Assembly: GCA_964035545.1 (NCBI GenBank)
Contig: OZ037768.1
Coordinates: 11,874,741 to 11,938,740, forward strand
Origin: Bugula neritina
Lineage: Eukaryota; Animalia; Bryozoa
Length of the DNA: 64,000 nt
Direction: 5' to 3'
A program made the translations under genes and the position numbers. The notes beneath the pieces are model-generated. The model saw only the letters and a list, made by a program, of their open reading frames with translations, searched no databases and was not told the origin of the DNA. How positions within the stretch are numbered: position 1 is the stretch's first letter; each line of letters starts with the position of its first letter. Positions 15,401 through 28,630 of the stretch are shown here, in pieces.

Positions 15401-18331
15401 GCAACTTAGTCAAAGAAACTCTTGCAAGATAATACAGCGCTCTACTGGAGATTGATTTTAGTACAAGAATTGGCTAACCATTTTAGCGATTGAGCAAAAC
15501 AACATCTTTAGAGTCTTTCTGTAATCTTGAAACATGGCCTCGTCTTCACCTTCCTCATCAAAGTCATAATCCTCATCAAATTCAAACTTTTTCAACACTA
15601 TCATCATAATATTCTGTAAGAATGATATTTATAAACTTTATAACTTCAGTGTCTTCGTGTGAAGGCCTTTGATAAACAAGGGACAGAAACCCATGAAACA
15701 GACTAAAATAAACTTTAGTCAATTTTAGACAGATTTTAAGCTCAACAAAATTACTTCCAATAAATTCCAGCAACATATCAAAATGCAATTTTTAATACAT
15801 CAAGGTATGAAATATAAACCTGAACATTTTCCTTCTGCTTGTCTGAAAGAGGTTTGAGCCTCTTAAGTATACCAATATAGCTCATGGCAAACGGACACAC
15901 GGTGCTGGACACGTCATCGTCTTCATCTCCCAGAAACCGGCACATGATTGACACCTTGCCTTCAACAGCCAGCAACGCACCACTAGCTACAGCACCCCTA
16001 GCCGCTTTCACCGACTTGTCCCATGCCAATACCAGATTCTCACCCATACAGTTGACCTAAAATAAGGTGACAGACAATCTTGCAGCATACACCTTAGTAC
16101 TGCTATAGTACATATCAAAATTCATCAACAATTATCTACCCATGTCTTTATGACTCAGACGAAAAATAAATATAACTCTACAAAGGTTGAAGTGTATACT
16201 CCACTGTACTGCTTGAAAGAAAATAAATCAAAGTCGTGTCCAAACAAGATGACGGATAAGGAAGAGCAGATAACATGAAATAACTGTAGCAACACTACTG
16301 ACCAGTTTGGAAAGTTTCAGCACAAAGTCACCTTCTTCATCTTCACTGGGGTACATAACTCCTGCACTTTCTAAAACTGATGTGAACGACTCAATCAGCT
16401 TCACCTAAAAGTAAAACATTACGATGACCATACAGAACAGGATTACCTACTGTTTATCAACATACTATCATAGAGATGCTGTTTTCTAGCAGCTATTTCA
16501 ATCTACCTTAGCTTCCGGCTCCATGCCTTTATGTAGGATTTCAGTCACGGCTTCGCATGCACTTTCCCTGAGAAGAGGCGTATTAATATATCTGATGAGA
16601 ATTGGCACCATTCTATCATTGGCTATGAGATTGATGTCTATCCACGCTACATACAGACCAACCACCTCCAGACAAGAGCATACCAGCTGAGGATGGGTGC
16701 CTTCGTAGGTGCTCTGGAACAAAACAGAGCATGTGATAACTCTGTGTGCGTGTGCGCGCGTGTATGTGTAGACTCTTGGTATTGAGCAAGCGTTTCGCAG
16801 TCCATTTGGCTTCTATTATACATAAATAACTCAGTGCAATTTATTATAGTCCACCCAGTTATAGCATGCAAGAGAGCAGGTGATGCAATCAGTATCTCTA
16901 ATATACCTGAAAGGTCACCTGTAGCCACACTTGTATTATTTTAGAGGTTGCGCTATTTCTAAATTATTGTGAGACAATGCAAGGGCTAAGAGTTGGAATA
17001 TCAGAGTAGCATTTCTTACCATAATATCATACCAACTATCCACTAGTTGTACAATACACTGCTCGCGCATATAATCTTTAATGTTTGTATTTCTTGTCTG
17101 CTCCTACAATTGTACAGAAATATTCCATTTATACTAAAATATAGCTATGCACTTGTTAGCAATATATGTCCAATAATTCTTATAGTATAGCAACAATAAT
17201 GGGGGAATAGAGACATATCTACGGTTAGCTTAAAAACAGTTGCTGCTATAAGCAAATACATAAATTACTATTTAGTTTAATTAAATTGATTTAATCCCTA
17301 AGTTCGGGTTTCATGTGCGTTTTGTTACTTGATGTCACTTTGAGGCTAATCATTTGTCTCACCTCAACAGTGTGCAAGACTTCTCTGTCCACCACTTCCA
17401 CGTCTATAGCCTTCAGAATTCGTAAATACAAATCAGTAGCCTCTTGACCTCCCAGCTTAGCAAACTGCATTATATCTGTATAGAAAGTTGGCCACACCGT
17501 TGGGTAGTCGACAACAAACACTAAACTCACGAGCTGAGCCAACTTGTTCTTCACATATCCTTTTTCTGCAGAAGCACTACCTGCCTACAATATGAAAACA
17601 TGTGGCTTTTACCAACTTGAAACTGCTTTACAATTTTTTCTAAAAAGATAGTTGTTAGAAAAAGAAAGCGACAACACACTACGCCAGCGTAAGTAGCATA
17701 GCAACAAGTATAACGTAATCTCATAAGCAATCCTAGTTGTTGCTCCACTATTTAGGTGACAACAAATGTAATATAAATACACTCCATTTTAAGAAATACT
17801 ATACTTGGAAATATTGGTTTCCTAATGGTCATAAAACCAATGTACAACACTCTACCTATAATACCCAGTAACCAATGTGCCAACAACTACATACCACCAT
17901 TTGCATAATGTTTACTAGGAAATTTCGAATTTTTTGCTTAGTAGCTGAATCTTGGTGACTGGAATACTTCTTGGCAACAAAGTTTTCTATCACTTGATAG
18001 CAGAAGAATCGTATTTGCTCATCTCTAAAAAACAAATAGGTTGTTAATTAATATGTTCCAATGCAACCTATAGATACGGACACAAAAAATAATTGAAGAA
18101 ACTTACTCTAGATATTGTCCAGACAAAAGAACCTGAGCACACAATTCCCAGCCATTGTCAGAAACCTTCAGCTGCTCAAAGTATTCCAATACCTACAAAA
18201 CATAATAAACATAAGAGAAAACTGTGAAAATTAAGCATCATATAATATTGATTATAATAATGCATTATTACTACCTGAGCATGTGCTGATTGATTCGTGT
18301 GATGAATTCTACGAAGAATCTCGTCATTCAT
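9461..18331 (-). CDS. XPOT: Exportin-T (tRNA exportin), about 20 exons
   Basis: Start MNDEILRRIHH at 18331. Exon peptides include KNKLAQLVSLVFVVDYPTVWPTFY, LYLRILKAIDVEVVDRE, CLEVVGLYVAWIDINLIAN, EILHKGMEPEAK, DYDFDEEGEDEAMFQDYRK, FFETVVRYEKF, FLDERGLRNPRSRVRSRVSYLFTRFIK and CPACILAPTKESFDWRDAQT, all typical of XPOT/Los1. The last exon is inferred as 9493-9461 (SFYSNLRDTR*). Confidence 0.95.
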
Positions 18332-19084
18332 TATGATGCCATATCTGGAACTCTTTTAGATCATGCTTTTGTGAAAAAAATCAGTCATCTGCAAAAAAAG
18401 CAAAAGCACAATATAAGCTAAAATGAGAAAAAAATTTATCATTCAAGAACTTTTCTATATAAATGGTTAGAGCAATTGTGTTGCTTTTGTCTAGTATTTA
18501 TTTTGGTTATTAAAGCTTAGTGGTTTCTGTAAAACAATAAATTAATTATTAATATTTATCATCAAATTTAAAAATAATTATTCGTAAAATAAAATTTAGT
18601 TCTACGCAGGCAGAAGTATTTTGATTCTATATTCGTATTTATTTTTGGCTGAGAATATAAATATTAATATTGGCATTTTATATTGAGTGAGGGAACAGGT
18701 TTATAAATAAACTTACACTGACCAACTAATACTAATATAAATGGTACAATATGAATATCAATATACAATAAAGGTTATTACTGGAGAAAATTAAATATGA
18801 CCAGTAGGCAGCAATAGCAATAGTTACACTTACAGTCTTACTTTTGAGTTGGTCTACATTCTACAAGCATCCTTGTAAGCTGTGAGTGTGAGTCACCTAC
18901 TTTTGCTGACTTTCAGCATTAGCATACTCAAAGACTTAAAATGATACTGATACTTACTCGATACTTACTCGACGTCCATAGTACATTCTGGATCACAAAT
19001 TGTGCAAAAAAAGAATGCCTCTTTATAACAAAACAGTGTGTTTCAGAGTGACTTGATTTTACAGCATTTCGCTGATTTTGGTTG

Positions 19085-19648
19085 TTAGTTCTTAGTTACC
19101 CTCAAGTCACGTATGGTTTGTGGGAGGAAACTGTCATAGTAGAGTTTGGATTTAGCCCAGATTGACGTTAGTTCTCCTCTGCTGGCAGCACGGGTTGTCA
19201 TATTAGCATCTGCTCGGGACTTGAGAATTTCATCATAGCTAGATGAGAGTACATGGTGGCGTTGTTCATCTCGTAGAATGCGTAACAGTAAGGTGATTCT
19301 GTGGTTCTTTCTCCTGTCAGCTAGCGGTATGAGACCAAGCCGCTGTCTTGCGTCGCTAACACTCTCTCTCCCTCTTAGGTTGCTGATGAAACGTACAGCT
19401 TTCCGTTGCACGTTTTCAATTTGTTCTGCTGTCTGCTTTTTTGCAGGGTCCCATAAAGTGTCAGCATATTCTAGTATTGGCCTACATAGGCTAGTGTAAG
19501 CTAGCAGCTTGCTTGGTATTGGGGCACAGTTTAGCGTATACTTAATAGCTCCAAGAATTTTTGTTGCCTTATCTATCTTCTGAGAAATATGTTGATCAAA
19601 ATTAAGATCTTGCTGCAGAGTGACCCCTAGGTACTTAGTGCTGTCCAC
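19085..19648 (-). mobile_element. 5'-truncated non-LTR retrotransposon (CR1/L2-group LINE), C-terminal part of ORF2
   Basis: Intronless 187-aa ORF with KYLGVTLQQDLNFDQHI, AYTSLCRPILEYADTLWDP, IENVQRKAVRFI and SFLPQTIRD, which are typical post-RT motifs. No RT catalytic core is present. Confidence 0.9.
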
Positions 19649-20390
19649 CCATGGAATACTTACTGATAGTCATACTCATACACTTACGGCCATATCAAAT
19701 TTAATGGTGTTACTGATATTCAATGTGAATGTCATACCCATACTCATACTTTGATAGTGATAGACTAATTAAATGCCACATCAACATGAATTAATTGAAT
19801 ATTAATTTTCATATTGATGATATCCACATGGATAATAAAATTTAAATTGTAATCACTTAATGATATACAGTATTAGTATACTTATGGTTATATTTATAGT
19901 TATAGTATTCAAAATTAATGATATAGTATTCATATATTTTAATTTATACTTATAGTTATAGTCATCTGTCATATAGTTAATGTTATACTAATACTTATAC
20001 TTATAGTTAATGTTATACTAATACTACTTCTAGTCATTAATAATTAATTAATTTATAGCCAATGAGACTAATTTAAAAGCATGAGGCCAACTCTAAGTGA
20101 CCGTGGGACAGAGATAACTATACTGAATGTGACCTTATTCCTTATACTAATAATAGTCATAATGATAGCGTGCATCAGCATGGTTAGGATAAAAAGTGAT
20201 CATTGATACTCCCACGTGACGGATACTGATGGCATGTCTTCATCGTAGAATTATCCCACTCCAGATAGTTTAATTTTGAGTAGCACTATGTCTATTGTAC
20301 ACTTTTATAAGCACCAAAAGCGCGATGCTCTATGAGTGTGGACAACTCCAAATACAAATTATTCTCGTTAACTGCGCGATCACTTCCAAA

Positions 20391-20404
20391 TTTCTTTTCC
20401 CCTC
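20391..20404 (+). promoter_or_regulatory. TCT/5'TOP pyrimidine tract of RPL18A
   Basis: TTTCTTTTCCCCTC ends 13 nt before the ATG at 20418, as expected for a ribosomal protein gene TSS. Confidence 0.75.
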
Positions 20405-20417
20405 GTGCGTTGTCGAA

Positions 20418-22834
20418 ATGAAGGCCAAAGGAGATGTAAGCTAACACATTTAATATTATTTTGCTGTATTATTGTATTTTATGTTTGTTTCAAGCTATGT
20501 TTAGCACCTTGTTACTTATACTATCAGTTTATTAAACGGTTAATCATGGTCTTTTGACCTTAAAATCAAATTTAACCTGGCATGAAATTTGATAGTCAAA
20601 CTCAAAGTGACTTTCATTTTGTGTTGATTCATTTTTAAAGACAAATTGAAACCGAAATTAGGTTTCAGTTTAAACATTTTAATCACAGTGTTGAACGAAT
20701 CATAAATGTTTGACTTACAAAAACTGAAATATTGGTTTGTAAATTTAAATTTGTTGTAATTCCAACTTATAAATCTTCGTCATCAGTTCATCTTGTAATC
20801 ACGATCAGTATAGGCATCGGTCATGTTGATGTTTTAATTTTTAGATTCAGGTTATAAATGATAATCAGTGAGTAATCGTTTTTTTTTAGTTGAAAGAATA
20901 CCGGGTCGTTGGGCGTAAACTGCCCACAGATGCCGTTCCAACGCCACCAATTTATCAAATGAGAATATTTGCTCCTGATAGAGTCGTAGCTGTATCTCGA
21001 TTTTGGTATTTTGCCAAAATGTTGAAGAAGATTAAAAAGACCAACAGCGAGATCTTAGAAGTTTCACAGGTAAAAGTGCCATGTATTTTTATACTGTCAC
21101 AGTAGTTCTGATAAGTTCACCCTGTTGTATAATTAGCTTTCATAAAAGCAGTTGTACATTTGCTGACAATGTTGCGTGTATGATGTATCAAAGCATTGTT
21201 CAGTTTCCCAACGATTTGGTTAGTAATTGAGTACAACCCCCTGCCTTGTATAAGCAGTTTAGATTGAAAAATCATCAATTGGAGCCTTGTTTTAAAGGTC
21301 AATTCTGAATTTGGTTTAGAGCAAAGACATGCCCACTTCTAAAATTCTAAAATCGTATACATCAACTGGTGATGTATACTTTTAGCTTTTTAAAAGAAAA
21401 TATTCTTTTGTGTTTTATTTCAGTTCATTCTGTTTGTGAGCAGGTGTACGAGAAAAAACCAACAGTAGTGAAGAATTTTGGAGTGTGGCTGAGGTATGAT
21501 TCTAGGTCTGGAACCCACAACATGTACAGGGAGTACAGAGATGTCACAGTTGCTGGAGCTATAACCCAGTGCTGTGAGTGCCATGTGTGCTTGTCATCTC
21601 CTTTCTGCACTTCTTCGTACTGATGTGTATTCTTTATGAATACAGAATCAATCAAAAGTGCATATAGCTAATCTTCAGTCCTTATGTCGCACTTGCATCA
21701 CCTTTTGGTGTTTTGAGTTGAATCATAAGGATACAACATTCTGTCTTTTCAGTCTTGATAGTGTTACTATTGTATATCTTATTAAAGAGGTTTTTTTTGA
21801 TCTGCAAATATAGGAATTAAATGTCGCTTTATCAATTTTTGGCGCTATTACTAACTTTATGTCTGATATTACAAGTAATATTTATGTAAATCAAATTTAT
21901 CAAACATGATTTTTCTGTCTCTGTTGTTTTCAGTGTTCTGTGCTATTGCTAAAATATTTTTTGGTAAATTCTTTCTAGATCGAGACATGGGAGCTAGACA
22001 TAGAGCCAGAGCACACAGCATTCAAATCATGAAAGTAGAGCGTGTTATTTCCAGCAAATGCCGCCGCCCCAACATTAAACAATTTCATGTAAGTAATGCA
22101 AATTATATTTGTTATTGCCAGCTGTTACCTAAAATTGCATTCATGCGCTCAGTGCTGTGTTTCATCCACTTGCATAAGTGATTTTCGTTTCTTGTAAAAT
22201 TGCATTCTGCTACTAAAGTTGGTTTTAAGTTGATGAGGTCTACTGACTCTTAAAATTTACTTGGATGTTTCATTTATTGCATCCATACATTTCCATTTTA
22301 TCCAATCATTGCACCGTACTGGTTTGTGTTCATTATGAGTACTAAATCAATCAAATGTGCATACAACAAATTCTTTCGTCGCACTTGCAACACCTAATGG
22401 TGTTTTGAGTTGAATCTTGAGAATACATATCTTCTATTTTGTCAACTACTGATTAATTTTTAAATAAAAACAAATTTTGCCAATTACTATAAACTAAAAC
22501 TGTTTCATTTTGTTGTGTAGCATTCACAATTTTTACACTGTTAATATATCACATTGCCAAATTAAACTTTTTATTTACTGTTAAGTTTACATGCTTTTTC
22601 AGATTCCTATAAATACATCATATGTCGCTTACAATTTCGATTTAAACAAATAAGTTCAAGAAACTGAAGAAATCTCAACTGCTCTAATTTTTTGTGTAAA
22701 TATCGCTGAAATTTGCACTCATAAATTTTGCGTTTTAGGATATGAAGATCAAGTTCCCCTTACCACACAGAGTCATCAGAGATCCCAAGGCTCCTCTCTT
22801 CTCCACCAAAAGGCCACAGACTCATTTTATGTAA
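20418..22834 (+). CDS. RPL18A: 60S ribosomal protein L18a (eL20)
   Basis: Exons 20418-20435, 20890-21069, 21444-21573, 21979-22088, 22739-22834. Peptides [65 protein letters not shown] and IKFPLPHRV. Confidence 0.99.
21604..21738 (+). ncRNA. SNORA68: H/ACA box snoRNA, SNORA68/U68-like, copy 1 (RPL18A intron 3)
   Basis: TGCAC...GTGCA basal stem, second hairpin with a GTCGC / TGAAT pocket and a terminal ACA. The H box is degenerate (ATAGCT). Near-identical to the copy in intron 4. Vertebrate RPL18A hosts SNORA68. Confidence 0.8.
22308..22430 (+). ncRNA. SNORA68: H/ACA box snoRNA, SNORA68/U68-like, copy 2 (RPL18A intron 4)
   Basis: Starts ATTGCACC like recalled U68. H box ACAACA at 22363-22368, GTCGC / TGAAT pocket, ACA box at 22425-22427. 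Confidence 0.88.
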
Positions 22835-23399
22835 CCACTTGCTGTTTTTGTATGTTGTTACAATGAGAATAAAAAATGTATAAATGTGCATTAATTTTGT
22901 TTTGTTTTTCAAACAAACATTACTGACTGGTAGGAGGCATGTGAAGATAAATCTGCTTGCACATCAATGATACCATGAAAATATAAAATTATGGTTATGG
23001 CAACTTGTGATGCGTAAAAGGGGCTAAAATAGGGAGTAATTCTAAATTAGTAGCAATTGTAGTATGTTTTTGTCCATGGTAATACTCGATTTGTTTCAGT
23101 AACTTTGTTGATTATCCCTAGAATTATTTATACTTGGCCATATTATACTGGAGCATTTCCATTAACATCGAAGATAATTCGTAGCTCTCGATAATTTAGA
23201 AATTTGTCCGGCCTGTAAAGTCCAGTGCTTTAGGCTTTATTTGGTATATTACAGTAATGTCCTACCTAGTGACCTTGATCATGTGTAGCAGTGACGGGTG
23301 TTCACAAAAAGTAGTATATCGTATGTTGTCGCATACCAAAGTCGTTATTCTAACTCGCACAAGTCCAGTAAGTATAGCAAACAGTGGGAGTCGCTAACT

Positions 23400-26300
23400 A
23401 TGAGTATATTAGAAGATTTAAAAGCGGAGTTTCGGTTACATAAAGCTACATTTCGAGGTGGAACTGTGACTGACTTCTATAGATGCCGAGTAAGTTACTA
23501 AGCGGCGTTGATATCTTTGTTACTTGTTACGTACCTAATTCATAACCATACCGTGCACGTTATATCAAAATTAGTTCATTAAATTACACCCACAATCCTC
23601 ACTTATTCACGTTTTCAACAGCTGTGATCTGCTTTCATGTGTAGAAATTTATGCAGATTTAAACTTGGCTTGGGTGTGTAAGATTACTAGTTTGGAAACC
23701 CTCAACTCTCACCCCACGTGAGAGTCACTGGAATTGAGTATTTTGCTAGAAGTGTTTTTCAAAGTTGTGTAGACTGCAGTACTATATTGCTTTTGAAATC
23801 CTATCAAAATCTGCTATTGCTTAGGCTCAATGCTATAGTTTCCATAGATCTGGTTTGAACATTTAAGACACTTCATCATGTAAAATATCAAACACCTTTT
23901 AGCAACCATTGATTGGGCTGCTGAGGAAGCTGTAACAAACAGTTTTACTTTTAGGTGCAGGTGCATAGTCCAATATAAAGTGTCACGCAAACTTTTTTAC
24001 CTACGCCCATATACCTAAATATTTAAACATAGGTCAGTAACCTAATTATAAGTGAAACTGTAAGAAGCATGGTTTATGAACAGCTAGATATTCTAAAATT
24101 GTTTAAAAGAGTCAGCAATTTCATTTTAGGTATTTTAGAGAAACATACAGCGTTTATTCATCAGAATCAAGTATCAACACATGCTTTTAAAAATATGCTT
24201 CTAGTAGTAATTTGAATTTATTTAAACTCATTTTTGTACCTCTGTTTAACTTTTAGCTAATTTGATTTTTGGAGTTGAATTTCTAATACTGTAATCATCA
24301 AAAATTTATGTTACCATAGTACTTCTTTATTCAGTGATTATAACGGTTAACTGTAGAAAATAGTCACTGCATACACTTATAGTTCAATCAGTAGGCCTGC
24401 ATATATGTCAGTTTGCAAATTTCAAATATAGCTGATTAAGAATGTATTATAACTCTTGTAGTGGTGGAATACTAATGTACCGTTGCTGGTGTTTAGAATC
24501 ATTTCGGCCATCTTCTGCTTAATCATACTTATAGTACAGTTTGCTACAAGTACTGGAGGAAACAATACTTTAGTGGGACTCAGTGCTTTCACCATATGGA
24601 GTTATGTAATTGTAATAAGCTACTTTATAGTTTCATCTATCACCAGGTCAGTATAGTATAAAATACTTATTAGTAGTACTTTAGTAGGAAACATAGTTAA
24701 TGATTTCTTCTATGTTTTGGCTATTTATTTGTTCATTTTGTAGCTTATAATACTTTAGAATGTTTGTTGAACAGGCCAATGACTTTTGAATTTTCACAGT
24801 AGTGGCCTTTTAACACATTAGATTTATCATGTACGTTGCCTAAGCTTTTATGCAAGGCATAAAAACAGTTGAAGATAATTATTGCAGATACATGTATGTG
24901 CCTGCATGTTTTACTCTATACACTAAATCAGAGTAAAACTAAAAGCATCCTGCGAGGAGTCCCAAATAGTAACTTACTAAATTCATCCCTAGTTTCCCCA
25001 TACATTGCACTAGTAAGGGGCTAGAGATAAAAGCTTACGTCAGCATCAAATGCAAATACTTGTACTGAGTTTAGGCTGATAACCAATATGGCCAGTAGAT
25101 AAATAATTAGCTTAGCATTAGTTAACATTGAGACGGGATTGCAAACAAACTGAAGTATTAGCTGATATCCTATTATAATATACACATATATAACACACCA
25201 CACACCACCCACACACACACCACGCACACACACACACCACGCACACACACACACCACACACCACACACATACACATATACCACAGGTGCATTGTCATGAT
25301 AGATGGGATGCTTACGAAGCAACCATAACTTTGAGGTGAATCTATATAAGCATGAGCTACAGCCTGCATGAACTTGACAAATAATGTGTTGGTTATAAGT
25401 TTGTAAGCCTTCCACAGCACACATGAGGAGCGAATTATCCAATACACATTTTTATTAAAGAAAGTGTAGCACAATTTTGCCAAATTAGATAAACACAGAT
25501 CATGCATGTAATGCCTTGCACCATATTTGCTAAAAGGAAGTTTCTGGAGAGTGTGTATTAAATATGTAGGCAACTATATATATGACTATGACTGTGTATA
25601 TGACAATATATATGACTATGACTGTGTATATGACAATATATATGACTATGACTGTGTATATGACTATATATATGACTACGACTGTGTATATGACTATATA
25701 ACATATTACTATAAAATGCCTGTGTAGCCATTTGGCTGTAGGCAAAAGCATTTTCCTTTGCCATATATCATACATTGGGTTGAGGCAGCAATACCATGAT
25801 GTGTATACATCAAAATGTATGTAAGTAAGGAGTCTTTATAACTTTTTAAATTGCAGTTGCAGACTTCAAATTTCTCACAGGAAATAGATTTGTATTTCTC
25901 ATAGAATGCCCAAAGTTACAAGATTCTAGTGAGCAAAATTTTAGATTAGTCAAATTAGTGTGCAATATTTATTCTCCAATTCTTTTATGGACTATAGAAG
26001 TACCAGTTAAAAACTTGTGTTCATATAAAACCAAAAGTGAAACTTGGTACCAAAGTTATAATTAGAGTATGCTAGTAGAGTGTGATTAATAACGTAAATA
26101 TTGTTAAAAAGAAGCCCAAATCTTCTAAAGAATAAGTTTTTCCAACAGCGTGAATAGCAGCCAAGGTGTAGTGCATGGTGAGAGTGCTGGTATAATGTGC
26201 ACTAGATCTTAGGATCAAATGTTAGCCGGCCCATTGATTATGTCAGTCATAATTTCTCCTGTATCACAATTGCTCATTGTCCAATTAAAACTTTTTCTGT

Positions 26301-27462
26301 CAAGGGTTCTCGAAGGGATGGAAAAAACATGAAAAAAAATTGTAAAAGAGTTACAACAATTACATATTACGAAGAAAATGCGTCTTTTAAATTCACCTTA
26401 TGCAACCCATCTTTTTCGTATTTTAAAATATAAACACTTGTTTTTAATTAGAGGTACTTAGTTAAAAAGCTAAAACTGCAAAATCAACTTCTGATGATTG
26501 CAAGTTTGTGCCACTCAGTAACTGTGCAAGTTTATTAGCAGTAAGACAAAAAGTAAAGTTACATTCTATCAATAGTTTTGTTGCATTCACAAACATCGAC
26601 ATTTGTCATTGTTCATTTGATAGCATATGCATCGTGTAGGAAAAATTGGTACATGTTTGTAATTAATTTGAATCTTTTGAATTATTGATATGAAAGGATA
26701 GTTAACTCTGGTTGAATAAACATCTTGACTTTGCTCAACTTTCTGTTTCAGCATTTTACAGGCAAGGAATGGATGTAGAAATGGTAGCTATGTAAGTAAA
26801 ACAATATATACTTCAAACTTCTTACAGTTTCAAACAAATCAAGTTCCGTAATCATAATTTGACTATCAAATTTCTGTTAACTTTTTTAATAAATTAAAAT
26901 GAGAGTTATTATGAATTTTTTTGTAAATAAAGTTGTAAAACATATTTGTTTAAATTAGTGCCATTTCTTTTTTAATTTAACATAATAACTGATTTAGGAA
27001 GAAGAGGACACAACTTATGAACAATTACCCATTTATATGAGAATCCAGTGGTGTTTGTACAACATTGCACTTCCCAGTGCTATACTTGTAACCATGATAT
27101 ATTGGGGCGTACTTTACCCCATGTTAACCAGTGCAGGCTATAAAGTAGCCATTTTTATGGATTTATCAGTCCATGCCTTCAACACAATTCTTATGATGAT
27201 TGAGCAGTACATAGGAAGTGTACCTACAAGAATAGCCCATGTCTACCAGCCAATCACATATGGTATTATATACGCAATCTTCTCTGCCATCATGTATGCT
27301 GTTTATGGTCTAGTTTTGTATCCGTATGTGTTGGACTGGGGCAATCCGATAACTGCTGCTTCTATAACTGGCATTTTAATTTACTATTTAGTCGCACAAT
27401 TTGTTTTATATTTAATATATCGAGCGCAATGTATATGTTTGAGCAGGAGACCGACAGTTTAA
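23400..27462 (+). CDS. Rolling stone-like multipass membrane protein (FAR-17a/AIG1-like superfamily)
   Basis: In-frame exons 23400-23489 (MSILEDLKAEFRL), 24462-24646 (AFTIWSY), 26752-26791 and 26998-27462 (IQWCLYNIALP, VTMIYW, SVHAFNT, HVYQPITYGIIYAIFS, YPYVLDW). Confidence 0.85.
25180..25280. repeat. Imperfect (CA)n microsatellite
   Basis: Visible CA/CAC-rich tract. Confidence 0.9.
25572..25700. repeat. 30-bp tandem repeat, about 4 copies (ATATATATGACTATGACTGTGTATATGACA)
   Basis: Directly visible; gives the (NIYDYDCVYD)n ORF. Confidence 0.92.
26158..26285 (+). mobile_element. Degenerate tRNA-derived SINE copy
   Basis: Weak A/B-box-like head and shared CCATTG...CAGTCATAATT.CTCCTGT with the copy at 59288. 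Confidence 0.45.
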
Positions 27463-27889
27463 TGCAGATTCTGAATTTCTCATATCATTGCTACGCTTTA
27501 TTCATAGAAGTTAGAAGGAAGTTGAAACTATTTTTCTTTAAAATTTCTGTTGCTCATGCTCACCATTTTGCTTCAACCTGAGTTTTCACAGCTTTATATT
27601 ATATTGCTTTAATTGCAACTTGTACTCTTCGCTTTGGGATGTTTTTGAATTTATTCATGAAGCTGAGTGCATTCATTTCATGTTATAACTGTTATCACCC
27701 ATGCTCTATAAACAAGACAAAAATAATTCCTTTTTTCATTATATTTTAAATACATTTGTAATTAGCATGTTTTCAAACATTGTACTAAAATTTTAATAAA
27801 CTACCACATACTCAAATGTTGTCACATGTATACATAAATTATAGCAGCATTCCAGTAAGGATATCATCACTTATCTCTGCTCTGTCCTG

Positions 27890-28630
<741 letters not shown>

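Noticed and set aside
17555-17566. ATATCCTTT as an AT-AC minor intron donor
   Set aside because: It is on the plus strand, antisense within an XPOT coding exon.
25021-25775. Overlapping ORFs in rolling-stone intron 2, including the 151-aa minus-strand ORF
   Set aside because: Largely CA and 30-bp repeats; no recognisable domain or consistent splice structure.
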